This document shows, one piece after another, positions 43,185 through 53,119 of a stretch of 64,000 bases of DNA. The notes under the pieces were generated by a model. It did not search any database. It saw nothing but the letters and a program-made list of their open reading frames with translations, and had not been told where the DNA came from. Both the position numbers and the translations under genes were made by a program. Positions within the stretch are counted from its first letter, which is position 1, and every line of letters begins with the position of its first letter. Source of the DNA: an uncultured delta proteobacterium (GTDB taxonomy: Bacteria > Desulfobacterota > Desulfomonilia > Desulfomonilales > Desulfomonilaceae); assembly GCA_963789265.1 (NCBI GenBank), contig CAWBKB010000001.1, forward strand, positions 608,001 through 672,000, given 5' to 3'.

Positions 43185-43394
43185 ATGCAAGATTACAGAG
43201 TGGAAACAAAAGTCTCAAGTGATGGGTCACTGACTATCAGCGGCGTACCTTTCCAGCCGGGAGACAAAGTCGAGGTCATCATACGAAGTCATAAGGAACG
43301 CCAGGGTAAACGTTATGCTCTGCGTGGTAAGCCGATTAGACATAACGATCCATTTGGCAGGGTGGCTGAAGAAGATTGGGAAGCTATAAAATGA
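43185..43394 (+). CDS. Putative antitoxin (AbrB-like) preceding a PIN toxin
   Basis: DGSLTI..VPFQPGDKVEVII, DPF..VAEEDWE; ATGA overlap with the vapC fragment. Confidence 0.7.
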   Translation: MQDYRVETKVSSDGSLTISGVPFQPGDKVEVIIRSHKERQGKRYALRGKPIRHNDPFGRVAEEDWEAIK

Positions 43395-43441
43395 TCATCC
43401 TTGATACCCACATTTGGGTGTGGTGGGTACACGCACATTAA
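43391..43441 (+). pseudogene. Truncated VapC/PIN toxin
   Basis: MIILDTHIWVWW is a typical PIN N-terminus; it stops after 16 codons beside TGACCCC repeats. Confidence 0.75.
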
Positions 43442-43548
43442 TGGGTGACCCCATCCTGACCCCATCCCACTTCAAAACCTTACCCGTTCTTTCTCCGAAA
43501 ACGACTCAAACTTCTTGACCCTCGAATATTGTGGGTACAATAATTCTT

Positions 43549-43836
43549 GTGAAGGTCGACTTTGACCCTGAAAAGAAGGCCCGAAACATGGAGTTGCGAG
43601 GGATTTCTTTTGAGGAAGCCGCCCGATTCGAATGGTAGAGCGCAGTAATCATCCCTGACACGCGCCAAGATAATGGTGAGGCACATTACCGGTCTTTCGG
43701 CTTCATTGACAATCGTCTTCATGCCCTGGTTTTTACCCCACGTCAAGGCGCAATCCGGGTTATTAGTTTCCACAAGCCCAACCGTCGGGAGGTGCTTAGG
43801 TTCTATGAAACGCAAATCCAACCCGGAACTGATTGA
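43549..43836 (+). pseudogene. brnT: BrnT toxin with in-frame TAG (43636-43638)
   Basis: FDPEK..RN..RGISFEEA..FEW*...VFTPR..IRVISF; not in the ORF track. Confidence 0.82.
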
Positions 43837-44113
43837 TAAGGAGAATCCGGAATGGACCAAGGAAGATTTCCAGCATGCCCGCCCAGGCGGTGAAGTGCTG
43901 CCGGAACTCTTTGGGCCACAAGTTGCCGCCGACATGCTGAAATCACGAGGGCGGCCGAAAGCCGCTGAAACTAAAACCCATTTCAATATCCGCCTCGACG
44001 CCGACGTTCTGGAGGCCTTCAAGGCAACAGGGCGTGGCTGGCGAACTCGCATAAATAAGGCTCTGCGTGAATGGCTTAAGGAAAAGAGCTCAGGAAAATC
44101 ATTACGCACCTGA
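43805..44113 (+). CDS. brnA: BrnA antitoxin
   Basis: ENPEWT, RGRPK, IRLDADVLEAFKATGRGWRTRINKAL. Confidence 0.92.
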   Translation: MKRKSNPELIDKENPEWTKEDFQHARPGGEVLPELFGPQVAADMLKSRGRPKAAETKTHFNIRLDADVLEAFKATGRGWRTRINKALREWLKEKSSGKSLRT

Positions 44114-44248
44114 TCGTCAGGAGGTTGGCTTGTAATCATTCAGCGTATGCGCAAGAGAGTTACTTGCGGCTGCACAGTCCGCCGATCGGCGGCTCTCGGC
44201 ACGGTTTCGGGTGTCATTTTTCGACCCGATATGATAAGATCGGTCTTT

Positions 44249-44662
44249 ATGAAGAAATCAATACCTTTCTTTTTAGTGACCGTTACGGTCCTGTGGAGCC
44301 TTGCGTCGGCGGTCTCGGCCTCCGGGGCGAACTACTACGATATTCGAGGCCAATGGGTCGGGAACGCCAAGGGTCCCATCTTTGGTGCCAAGGGCACCGT
44401 CACGATTATCGGCCAGCGCGGCGAAGACATTGAGGGCATAGTAGAAGGCGGGAACTGGCTTGGAAGTGCCAAATTCAACATAATCGGCAAGATTCGCGGC
44501 AATTATATCTTCGGGGAGAAAGAAGGGAACACGTTCCAGGGTTATCTGTACGCCGACGGGACCATTAGAGGGTTCATGCGTGGGGTGGACGGAGACACGT
44601 ATCAGATATTCCTGAAAAGGCCCTACCAGCAATGGGGAATGCCTCCTGGAGGAATGTGGTAA
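44249..44662 (+). CDS. Secreted hypothetical beta-rich protein
   Basis: Signal peptide ending AVSA; DIRGQWVG. Confidence 0.7.
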   Translation: MKKSIPFFLVTVTVLWSLASAVSASGANYYDIRGQWVGNAKGPIFGAKGTVTIIGQRGEDIEGIVEGGNWLGSAKFNIIGKIRGNYIFGEKEGNTFQGYLYADGTIRGFMRGVDGDTYQIFLKRPYQQWGMPPGGMW

Positions 44663-44675
44663 TCCACTCGATCTC

Positions 44676-45521
44676 ATGATGCGACGCAGATTCATCGGGG
44701 GACCGGGCAGAAGAGCGTTCGTTGTTCTCGGCCTTTGTGTTGCCGTCTTCCTGGTCCTTCTTTATGTCTTCACCAGGGAACACAAATTGAACGGTTTGTT
44801 GGTGGATCTTGAATTGGGAGGGCCGGACCCTTCCCGGCACAGCGCTTTGAGAGAAGTGCTCACTCACAGCCTTCAAGATGAGATTCCTTCTCTCGGGAAT
44901 ACTCATATTACCATCCGATACGTCCATTTTTCGGACCTTACGAGCAAAGACCTGAATCGGGGAGACGTAGATTTCGTAATCTTGAGCCCCCAGAGCACTC
45001 CATGGTACAAATATCGCGGCGAGGCCGGAGCAAAGCTGGAATCGGCCAAAGCGCTGGTGAAGGACCTCGTGTTGAAGGGAGATGTCCCGGTACTTGGCAT
45101 TTGCGGTGGCCTCCAGTTTCTGGCCCTGGCTTTTGGCGGATCGGTCGATTTCATTGATTCCAATTTCATGGGTGCCTTCCCGGACGTTTATCCCAAAGAT
45201 GCGTGCGCTGAGCGTGGAGAGGTTGTCTTACACATCTTGAGAAGGGACGATCCAATCTTTGCCGGTTTGGCCGAGAACTCCGACAATGTCACAGTCATGG
45301 AAAGCCATTACGAGGAAGTGAAAGCCATCCCCAAGGGCTTCATCAATTTAGCGACAAGCAGCCTGTCACCCCTACAATTGATTCGATTTCCTGAAAAGCC
45401 CGTGTACGGTGCAGCGTTCCACCCGGAGAGATGCCCCGAGGGCGGGAATGGGTCAGGGGCAAGCGTGTGCGACGGCAGGCAGATCCTTGCCAATTTCTTA
45501 AGAATGGCCTCCCGCAAATAA
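44676..45521 (+). CDS. Membrane-anchored class I glutamine amidotransferase-like protein
   Basis: N-terminal TM, PVLGICGG nucleophile, FHPE dyad. Confidence 0.8.
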   Translation: MMRRRFIGGPGRRAFVVLGLCVAVFLVLLYVFTREHKLNGLLVDLELGGPDPSRHSALREVLTHSLQDEIPSLGNTHITIRYVHFSDLTSKDLNRGDVDFVILSPQSTPWYKYRGEAGAKLESAKALVKDLVLKGDVPVLGICGGLQFLALAFGGSVDFIDSNFMGAFPDVYPKDACAERGEVVLHILRRDDPIFAGLAENSDNVTVMESHYEEVKAIPKGFINLATSSLSPLQLIRFPEKPVYGAAFHPERCPEGGNGSGASVCDGRQILANFLRMASRK

Positions 45522-45606
45522 CAGGCTCGCCGCCGTTGACAGCAGCGCCATCCCACCTTATCGTCTTTCTAAAGGCCCTTTGAAGAAGGCCTCGAAGGAG
45601 GTTCTC

Positions 45607-45906
45607 ATGGATGATATCGAGAAAAGCAGAGTGCGGCTTATACACTGGATCGAACACAACCTGGAGCATCTTAAAGGTTACAATGAAGTAGCAGAAATTC
45701 TTGAAAGAGATGGTTTCACTTCTGCGTCCGACCGCATACGTCGCGGAGTGAAATTGATTGAGGCTGCAAACGAGGAATTCGAGACGGCTCTAGCCGGCTT
45801 GAGTGCACCGGCGGAAGAAGTTTCAGCGGTCGCAAGTGAGCCTACTCACAGCCATGCGCATGCAGAGAGTCATGAGCACGGCGTCGAGCACGCTCACAAA
45901 CATTAA
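45607..45906 (+). CDS. His-rich putative metal-binding protein
   Basis: HWIEHNLEH motif, His-rich tail, RBS AAGGAG. Confidence 0.7.
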   Translation: MDDIEKSRVRLIHWIEHNLEHLKGYNEVAEILERDGFTSASDRIRRGVKLIEAANEEFETALAGLSAPAEEVSAVASEPTHSHAHAESHEHGVEHAHKH

Positions 45907-45935
45907 CCAAACAATTCGCCCGGAAACAGGATAAC

Positions 45936-47232
45936 TCACTCGGCCAGGGCTTGGGCCAGGTCCTCCAGAATGTCGTCGATGTCTTCAATGCCCACCGATA
46001 GCCTGATGAGATCCGGAGGAAGTCCTGCTGCCACTTGTTGCTCCCGCGATAGTTGAGAATGGGTTGTACTCGCCGGATGAATCGCTAAACTTTTCGCATC
46101 GCCCACATTGGCCAAATGCGAGAACAAGCGCAATCGATTTATAAACTCTTCGGCCGCGGCGCCGTTGCCCTTTATGCCGAAGACGACCATCCCGCCTCCA
46201 AGCCCTTTACGAAAATAGCGCTGGACCGCATCGTACGATGGATCTCCGGGCAGGCCCGGATAGCGAACCCACTCCACGCGCGGATGCTTCGCCAAGAACC
46301 GGGCCACTTCCAGCGCATTGGAACAATGGCGCTCCATCCTCACTGAAAGCGTTTCCAGCCCTTGCAAGAAACATCCAGGAATTATCGGGGCTTATGCATG
46401 CGCCCAGATTTCTGAGGGGTACAAGGCGCATCCGCAGTATGAACGCCATCGGCTGAAGTTCACCGAGGTCGTATCCGAACCGTATTCCCGCGTACGAGGG
46501 TTCCGGCTTACTGAATAGCCCAAACTTTGAATCGGTCCAATCGAATTTCCCCGCATCTACGACCACACCGCCGATACCTGTGCCATGTCCGCCGATCCAT
46601 TTGGTGAGAGAATGAACAACCACATCGGCTCCGTGCTCAATGGGCCTGAAGATGCAGGGGGGCGTAAACGTGGAATCTACGATCAGAGGGACGTGCGCTT
46701 CCTGTGCTATGCGTGCGATGGCCTCAAAGTCGGGTACTCCCAATTCCGGGTTGCCGATGGACTCGACGTAAATCGCCCTGGTTTGGGAATTCACAGCGGT
46801 ACGGAATTCCTTTGGATCTCTATGATCGACAAAACGCACCGTAATGCCGAGATGAGGCAGGATATCGTTGAACATAGTATACGTCCCGCCGTAAAGGTTT
46901 TTTGCCGAAACCAACTCCTCTCCTGCTTCCATCATATTGATCAGCGAATAAAAGATGGCGCTGGTTCCCGAGGCAAGGGCAAGAGCGGCCACCCCCGATT
47001 CCAGAGCGGCCATCCTTTTTTCAAGGATTTCCGTCGTAGGGTTCGTCAAGCGGGTGTATATATTCCCCAGTTCCTTCAAGGAGAACAGGGCCGATGCATG
47101 TTTAGCATCCCTGAACACATAAGCCGCGGTGCGATGTATTGGGACACCTCTCGCGAGCGTGACCGGATCGGGTTCCTGACCGGCATGGATAGCCAGAGTA
47201 TCAAATCTATACTCGGGATCGGGTGATCTCAC
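45936..47232 (-). CDS. metY: O-acetylhomoserine aminocarboxypropyltransferase (frameshift ~46370)
   Basis: IYTRLTNPT, HSLTKWIGGHG, HLANVGDAKSLAIHPASTTH, IRLSVGIE. Confidence 0.93.
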
Positions 47233-47537
47233 TGCACGGGCCTCCTGAGGGTTCTATACGGGCAATTTCAACGGTAAGTTCTCAGAGTACCTCAATATCG
47301 ACTCATTGGCAACCGGTCGTGCAAAGTTTTCTGCTAAAGCGGAGGTGGTTTCGTAATGCCGCAACATCATGGGGCAAAGCCGGAGTCAGGCTCGCCTTCG
47401 TGCTGTTCTAATAATTCGTCAAGTTACCTGCAAAAAAACTTGACAAGACCCTCAATCCTAATTATAGGGAGCCTCGTGATTACGGTGTATTAGCCGTAAC
47501 TAGGGATGATGACAGGCGGATTTTGCTTGTAGTCGTT

Positions 47538-47717
47538 CACCGCGAAGTATGCCGAGAACGCAGAGATAAAAAATGGCTAGCGTATCATCGCACAAGCCGA
47601 GCAGGGACCCGGCCAAGCCGGCATCGTCTTCATTCTAACAGACCTGAATGCTCTGCGCGTCGATCGGGAGAGACGCAAGAAATAGACTGCTCGACGTTCT
47701 CAGCGGTCTCCGCGGTG
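47538..47717. repeat. CACCGC.GAG-type REP pair
   Basis: Inverted arms CACCGCG...GAGAACGCAGAGA / TCTCAGCGGTCTCCGCGGTG; similar arms at 6340-6486, 15330/15836 and 52915-53087. Confidence 0.65.
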
Positions 47718-47749
47718 TACAAATACCAGTATGTAATTGGGGGTAGGTT

Positions 47750-48169
47750 ATGCGCAACAATGTCTCCTTCGATCATGGTGAAGCATGTTCTGAAGATTTA
47801 GTTGGGGCAAAGTACAAATATGTGAAAACTCTGATCAACATAGCCAAAAAGAACGGCTTGGATATCGAAAGTCTGGACCTCATACCGAAGGACCTGCCGC
47901 CCATCACAGACGAGAGTCTCTCCAAAAGGGAAATCGCCGGGCGCAACCGTCTCGTCAAGAGTATCTTTCAACGCTTCAGCAGCATTCTTACCCCACCAAT
48001 TCCCCGCGATCTGGAAAAGTCGATAAAGAGCAAAGAGCCAAATAATTGGTTGCCTTGGGAAAAAGAAGCCATGGAAAAAAGTGCCCTGTGGCGCAATGAA
48101 ATAGCCACAATTCGGCCGGAGATTCTGCGGGAACTCAGTCACGCCTTTCGAATGAATGCGGGGAAATGA
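47750..48169 (+). CDS. Hypothetical protein
   Basis: 139-aa ORF between repeat clusters; no family recognised. Confidence 0.6.
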   Translation: MRNNVSFDHGEACSEDLVGAKYKYVKTLINIAKKNGLDIESLDLIPKDLPPITDESLSKREIAGRNRLVKSIFQRFSSILTPPIPRDLEKSIKSKEPNNWLPWEKEAMEKSALWRNEIATIRPEILRELSHAFRMNAGK

Positions 48170-48184
48170 TTTGCATCAATTCCC

Positions 48185-48340
48185 TTTGAAGCGAGTGAAA
48201 CCATATTCCTGGTAGGGGCGGGTTTCAGACCCCCCCTACATGTCGTCATGCCAACGTACGCCGGCAACCGCTGTCGGGGTGGACACGCGGGTCCGCCCCG
48301 ACATAGCCCGGATCGAAGTCCGGGGTGATCCCGCGTTCCA
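48185..48340. repeat. Partial copy of the 3344/58933 composite element
   Basis: AAGCGAGTGA..CTGGTAGGGGCGGGTTTCA..ACATGTCGTCATG..CCCGGATCGAAGTCCGGGGTGATCCCGCG. Confidence 0.7.
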
Positions 48341-48427
48341 CACGTAACTGCTTCACAAGACTTAATGGTTATAAATGCCTGTGCTTAATTCTTGACATTT
48401 GACGTAATATCGAATAATTGCTTTTCC

Positions 48428-50377
48428 ATGTTAAAGAAGTTTATCATGCAACTGGAGAAGCGGACTCCGGTCGAGAGTTTGCTTTCACGCTTTAAGGATT
48501 TGTTCCAGTCCGACCCGCCCCATCATCCATATTTCACCGATGAAGCGTTTTCCTTTCTGCTGGATTTTCTTGCAAAGGGCGAACCGTCTTATCAACACGT
48601 GGCCGTTCAGGCCGCGGTGCGATGGGCCGCATCTTCGCAACGTGTCATGTTGAGAAACGCCATTCTGCAGAGAGGATTCTTGACGCCTTCGTGTCTGTGG
48701 GCGTACAGGCAAGTCAGGGGCACCCATGACGAGCTCTTCAGGGATTACTCTTCCCCGGAAATGGGATTCCTTCAGATCTTGCTTTTAAAAGAGACCGACC
48801 CTGCCTTGTCCGTCCCGTTTCTCATGGAGCGCTTCTTCAATCGCCGGGATGTGTCGGAAGAGCTTAGAGTGGCTTCCAGACTCTGCATTCTGAGGCTCCT
48901 TGATTCGGTGGTCTCTCCCGATGTGGTGCGTTCCCTTCAATCGAAGTATCCTGGTGTCCCGATCTTGAGGCAGTGGCGACCCGCCATACCTGGCCGATGC
49001 CCGGAGCCGGCCAGGGGACCGAGCCCGGGACACATAGACTTCCATCAACTGGTGCGTTCCGTCCACGACATGAAAGAGCTTTCGTCGCTCACCCGTACCG
49101 TCTATCTGATGTCGTTGTTTTACGTGCCGCTAACCGACAAAGAGTTGAGGGCACTTTGGCTCAGCCAAACAGACCAGGCCTTCTTTGACCGGCTCAGGCA
49201 CGCCAGGGTGGTGGATGCGGCCAACGGGGGTTTTCTTCTTTCGACTGACCCGTCAAGGCAAGCTGTGGTAAAGAAGTTTCTATACGAATCTTATTCATTG
49301 GCAAAAGAATCCGTCCGCCGCCGGAAGGCCGAACGCCTACGGGAGGATCGTGAAAGAAAGGTCCGAAACAGCGAGCTTGACAGACAGGCTCTGGAGATGG
49401 TGCCTGATGGCATCATCTGTGTGGATTGCACCGGCCTTTTGTATTATATGAATCGCGCTGCCGAATCGATGTTGAACGAAAACCGGCCGTTGCGGGAGCG
49501 TCTGTTTGGCACCGGCTCGCTTGAAGATGCGCTGCGAAGTTACTCCAAAGAGGGGGTCCTTTCCAGAATAAAGGCTTCGATTCGGAGGAATGAAGACAGC
49601 GCTGAAATCTTCGGCGATCGAGTTGCGATCGGATGCGGCGGGAAACGATTTGAGGTGGAACTTGGTGCTCAGGTTCTGCTACTCCGCGATGGCACCGACC
49701 AACATTTGATCGATAACGAGATTGGAAAACTGTATCGGCATGAACTAAAGGCGGCACTAGATGTTATCGGTGTCGGCCTGGCTACAATCAAGCAGCTCGT
49801 TGCCGAGGGGCGTACCGAGGAAGGGGTAGAATTCCTGGACCAAGTTGAGGCCAAGCGAGCGGAACTGGTCTCCATGCTTGAAGAACGGATCGATTTTATA
49901 CGACTTCACTCGGACTCGTTTCATATACGCCCTTCAACTGTCAATCTAAACTTGGTGGTGGACAAATGCGTCACAGATTACAGGGACGCCGCAGGGGCCA
50001 AAGGTCTAAGGATAAGCTCTAACCACCTCCACATAACAGCGATTCAGGTAACAGGGGAGGAGCGCTTTCTGGTCAGGGCGCTGGCCAATATTCTGAGAAA
50101 CGCTGTTAAATTCTCTCCCAAGGGGAAAGAAATCAAAGTCTCGATAGGAGAGGTCAACTTTGAAGCTTTCATCCGAGTTGAAGACAACGGCCCTGGAATC
50201 CCACCCGAGAATCTCGGGAAGATATTTCAGTTGGGGTTCACCACAGACGGGACTGGGAGAGGACTTTATCTGGCTCGTAGAATAGCCTCAGCCCACGGCG
50301 GGAGAATAGACGTTAAAACCAAGCCTGATAATGGGGCCACCTTCACGTTTTGGCTGCCTCTGCTAAAGGAGTCGTAA
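48428..50377 (+). CDS. Histidine kinase with unrecognised N-terminal region and PAS
   Basis: VPDGII..MNRAAE (PAS), RHELK H-box, NAVKF, DNGPGI, GTGRGL. Confidence 0.85.
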   Translation: MLKKFIMQLEKRTPVESLLSRFKDLFQSDPPHHPYFTDEAFSFLLDFLAKGEPSYQHVAVQAAVRWAASSQRVMLRNAILQRGFLTPSCLWAYRQVRGTHDELFRDYSSPEMGFLQILLLKETDPALSVPFLMERFFNRRDVSEELRVASRLCILRLLDSVVSPDVVRSLQSKYPGVPILRQWRPAIPGRCPEPARGPSPGHIDFHQLVRSVHDMKELSSLTRTVYLMSLFYVPLTDKELRALWLSQTDQAFFDRLRHARVVDAANGGFLLSTDPSRQAVVKKFLYESYSLAKESVRRRKAERLREDRERKVRNSELDRQALEMVPDGIICVDCTGLLYYMNRAAESMLNENRPLRERLFGTGSLEDALRSYSKEGVLSRIKASIRRNEDSAEIFGDRVAIGCGGKRFEVELGAQVLLLRDGTDQHLIDNEIGKLYRHELKAALDVIGVGLATIKQLVAEGRTEEGVEFLDQVEAKRAELVSMLEERIDFIRLHSDSFHIRPSTVNLNLVVDKCVTDYRDAAGAKGLRISSNHLHITAIQVTGEERFLVRALANILRNAVKFSPKGKEIKVSIGEVNFEAFIRVEDNGPGIPPENLGKIFQLGFTTDGTGRGLYLARRIASAHGGRIDVKTKPDNGATFTFWLPLLKES

Positions 50378-51575
50378 ATGAAGAATCGCCCGACCGTGCT
50401 GTTGGCAGACGACGAGGACATAATCCGCCGCAAAGTACTCATGATGCTGGGCGACACGTTTCACTTCGAACAGGCCGCGACCGCTCGATCTGCGCGTGAA
50501 AAATCCGAGAAGAGCTATGATGCAGTACCTGTTGGATATCGTCTTCCCCGACGGCAACGGGATAGAAATCTGTCGTGAAATAAAAGAGCGGGACCCTCAC
50601 AGCACCGTAATCATAACGTCGTCTATGGAAAGCGTGGATGCTTGGAATCAAGCCTTCCAAGCCGGTGCGGACGGATACCTCGAAAAGAGAGAGCTACTTG
50701 GGTTGGACCCGCGGAAGCTTGTGCTCACGATCCTCAATTTGGTTGAACGTAATCGACTGCGGCGGCAAGCAGAGGCGACCAATCGGCGTCAGACGGAACT
50801 CTTGTCCGTCTTGTCGCATGATGTCAGGGCACCGTTTCAAACATTGCTCGGCACCATAGAGTTGCTCAAAAAAAATCCCGCGAAGCAGGCGACCCACAAC
50901 ATAGAAACGCTTTATAGGTGTGCTAAAGATCAACTTGCCTTCATTAATTCCCTGCTGGAATTCTTGAGGCTCGAATCCGGTACCGTGGGCCTGCGTCGCT
51001 CCCCATTGGATGTCAACCTTCCCGTCAATCTTTCAGTCCAGAGGCTGAGCAGTCTTGCTGCCCGAAAAGAGATCTCTCTGAAAACCAACCTGCAACCGGA
51101 TCTCCCCAAAATAGACGGTGATATAGCGAGGATTTCGCAACTTGTCGGCAATCTCGTCAGCAATGCCATCAAGTTCACTCCCAGGCATGGGCAGATCAAG
51201 GTGAGGACCTCGGTCGCGAACAAGGACGGCGTTTCGGGAGTAGAGATTTCTGTTGAGGATACCGGATTGGGAGTTAATCCAAAGGACCGCGAAAAGATCT
51301 TTCAGCGCTTTCATCGAGGCCGCGATACCGGAACGGAAGGAGAGACCGGAACAGGGCTGGGCCTGTCCATCTGCAAAGAAATAGCTCATCTGCATGGAGC
51401 GACACTGAGAGTCGATGACAGGAAGCCGCAAGGAACCATTTTCACGGCCTGGTTTTCTGCGCTGTCCTCCCATATCGGAAACGATTCAAAGACAGGCCGT
51501 CACGCTCGGTTTTCAGCGGAAGCCGACGCCGGAGGCAACCCCGCGGGGCAATTGACGAATCGTTCCACCGCATGA
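50378..51575 (+). CDS. Receiver-histidine kinase hybrid (frameshift ~50528)
   Basis: LLADDE..LLDIVFPDGNG receiver; SHDVRAP, NAIKF, GTGLGL. Confidence 0.88.
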
Positions 51576-51603
51576 TAGGTTGATAAACTGAGAAAAATGT
51601 ACG

Positions 51604-52308
51604 GTGACTCTGAAACGTTTGACCCCTAGTTTGTTTGCTCGACGCGCCGCAAAAAGGCCGAATCCCGCCGGATCGAGAGCATTAGTGCGTTACGCAGGGA
51701 CTATTGTCGTTGCGGCAATGATGCTTTGTGGATGCCAGCTTGTCCCTCACCAGCCTGAAGCTGTGTTCGTTCTGTATCGAGACCGCATGAAATCCAAAAA
51801 CCTGGAAGAAGCGCGATCTCTACTCACCAGTGATTCAAGAATGCTGGCTCTACAACTTGCTACCGACCACAAACTGAGGCAAGCTCCTGAATCATTGGCG
51901 CTCCTTAACGCTCTGGATCCCCTCGGTACTCCTGTAGTCATGAAATCGGACGAAACTTCCGCCCTGCTGCAGTTAAGAACACTGAAGGGCGGGTTGAGAC
52001 TGATCCGGCTGATTCGAAAGGACCCGAACTCACCCTGGAAAATCGACATCACCGATGAGCTGCAATCTCTTCAGTCTTTTCTAGAGGCTCGTAGCACCTT
52101 GGACATGATTCGGGAGCAGGCTGGCGAATATGCGGCCACATATAGGGCATTCAGCGATCAACTTGATAAGATGCACGTACCCGAGCCACCGCCGGTCAAG
52201 GCAGCGACCCTAAAATCTCCGGCTCCAAAACAGCGCAAGAAGCCGAAAGCACAAAAGAAGAGTAGCACTAAGAAAAAAGGACACAAAAAGCAGGTGAATC
52301 GGCGTTGA
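51604..52308 (+). CDS. Putative lipoprotein with Lys-rich tail (start uncertain)
   Basis: LCG-C lipobox after a hydrophobic stretch. Confidence 0.65.
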   Translation: MTLKRLTPSLFARRAAKRPNPAGSRALVRYAGTIVVAAMMLCGCQLVPHQPEAVFVLYRDRMKSKNLEEARSLLTSDSRMLALQLATDHKLRQAPESLALLNALDPLGTPVVMKSDETSALLQLRTLKGGLRLIRLIRKDPNSPWKIDITDELQSLQSFLEARSTLDMIREQAGEYAATYRAFSDQLDKMHVPEPPPVKAATLKSPAPKQRKKPKAQKKSSTKKKGHKKQVNRR

Positions 52309-52330
52309 TGTGAATTGATGCGGGATGTGC

Positions 52331-52681
52331 GAAACTGTCTCAAAACTCTTGAATTGGACGCAATCGTAACACGAAATTCCCTCACCCTGACCCTCTCTCA
52401 AGGGGCGCGGGGACGCTAATAGAGACCTTGGATCAGCTCCCTCGCCCTCTGGGAGAGGGCTGGGGTGAGGGCACCGAAAATGCCCACCAGGCTTAATCGT
52501 GCCACGACGGCAGCCCTGCGCCGAAGCGCGGGTCTACTTTCTAGCGCCCCAATGAGGCTCAAATGCACGTGGCCGGAGGGACCGGTGATAGTAGCTCGGT
52601 CCCGCGCAGGACGCGGGATTGCCGGGAAAAGGGGGCAGCGTGCTACGAATTTCGTTTGTGCTTTGGTTTTGAGACAGTTTC
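52331..52681. mobile_element. MITE, IS1182-like ends, two-module variant
   Basis: Perfect TIR; first ~175 bp closely match 37032, followed by an extra ~150-bp module. Confidence 0.88.
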
Positions 52682-53119
52682 GGAAAGCCCGCCCCACGCA
52701 AGTGAATGCTAACACTCCTTGCAATCTCACCTTGACCGTTGAGAATCGGCATGTTATCGGTGGCTTTATCCCTCCGGCGAATCTGACGGACGTGAAGGTT
52801 TAACGCAGACCTTCAGCTTCAGAATTCCGAGGGGGGAATTGTCAAGTTTGTTACAAGTGTCGTATCTCAGTAATCGGTGCACCCTGCAATCAATCCCGCG
52901 TACCGCGCGGGATCGCCGCAGAGTGCGCATAGAAAAAAGAATAGCATATTCAACGCTACGTGAATCACCCAGGCGAGCGCTCAGGCCGAAATTGGCCCCT
53001 TTGTCGCAGACCGGGACTTCCGGTGCTCGAACGGATAGACGCTCTGCAAAACAGCATTCTCTGAGGTCTCTGCGTTCTCTGTGGTGAGCTTTCGCTTATT
53101 TCATAATTGCGGAGGGAAG

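Noticed and set aside
43636..43638. Pyrrolysine readthrough of the brnT TAG
   Set aside because: No pyl genes in the window and the neighbouring toxins are also disabled; a nonsense mutation is simpler.
47233..47460. SAM riboswitch upstream of metY
   Set aside because: No SAM-I core visible on the minus strand.
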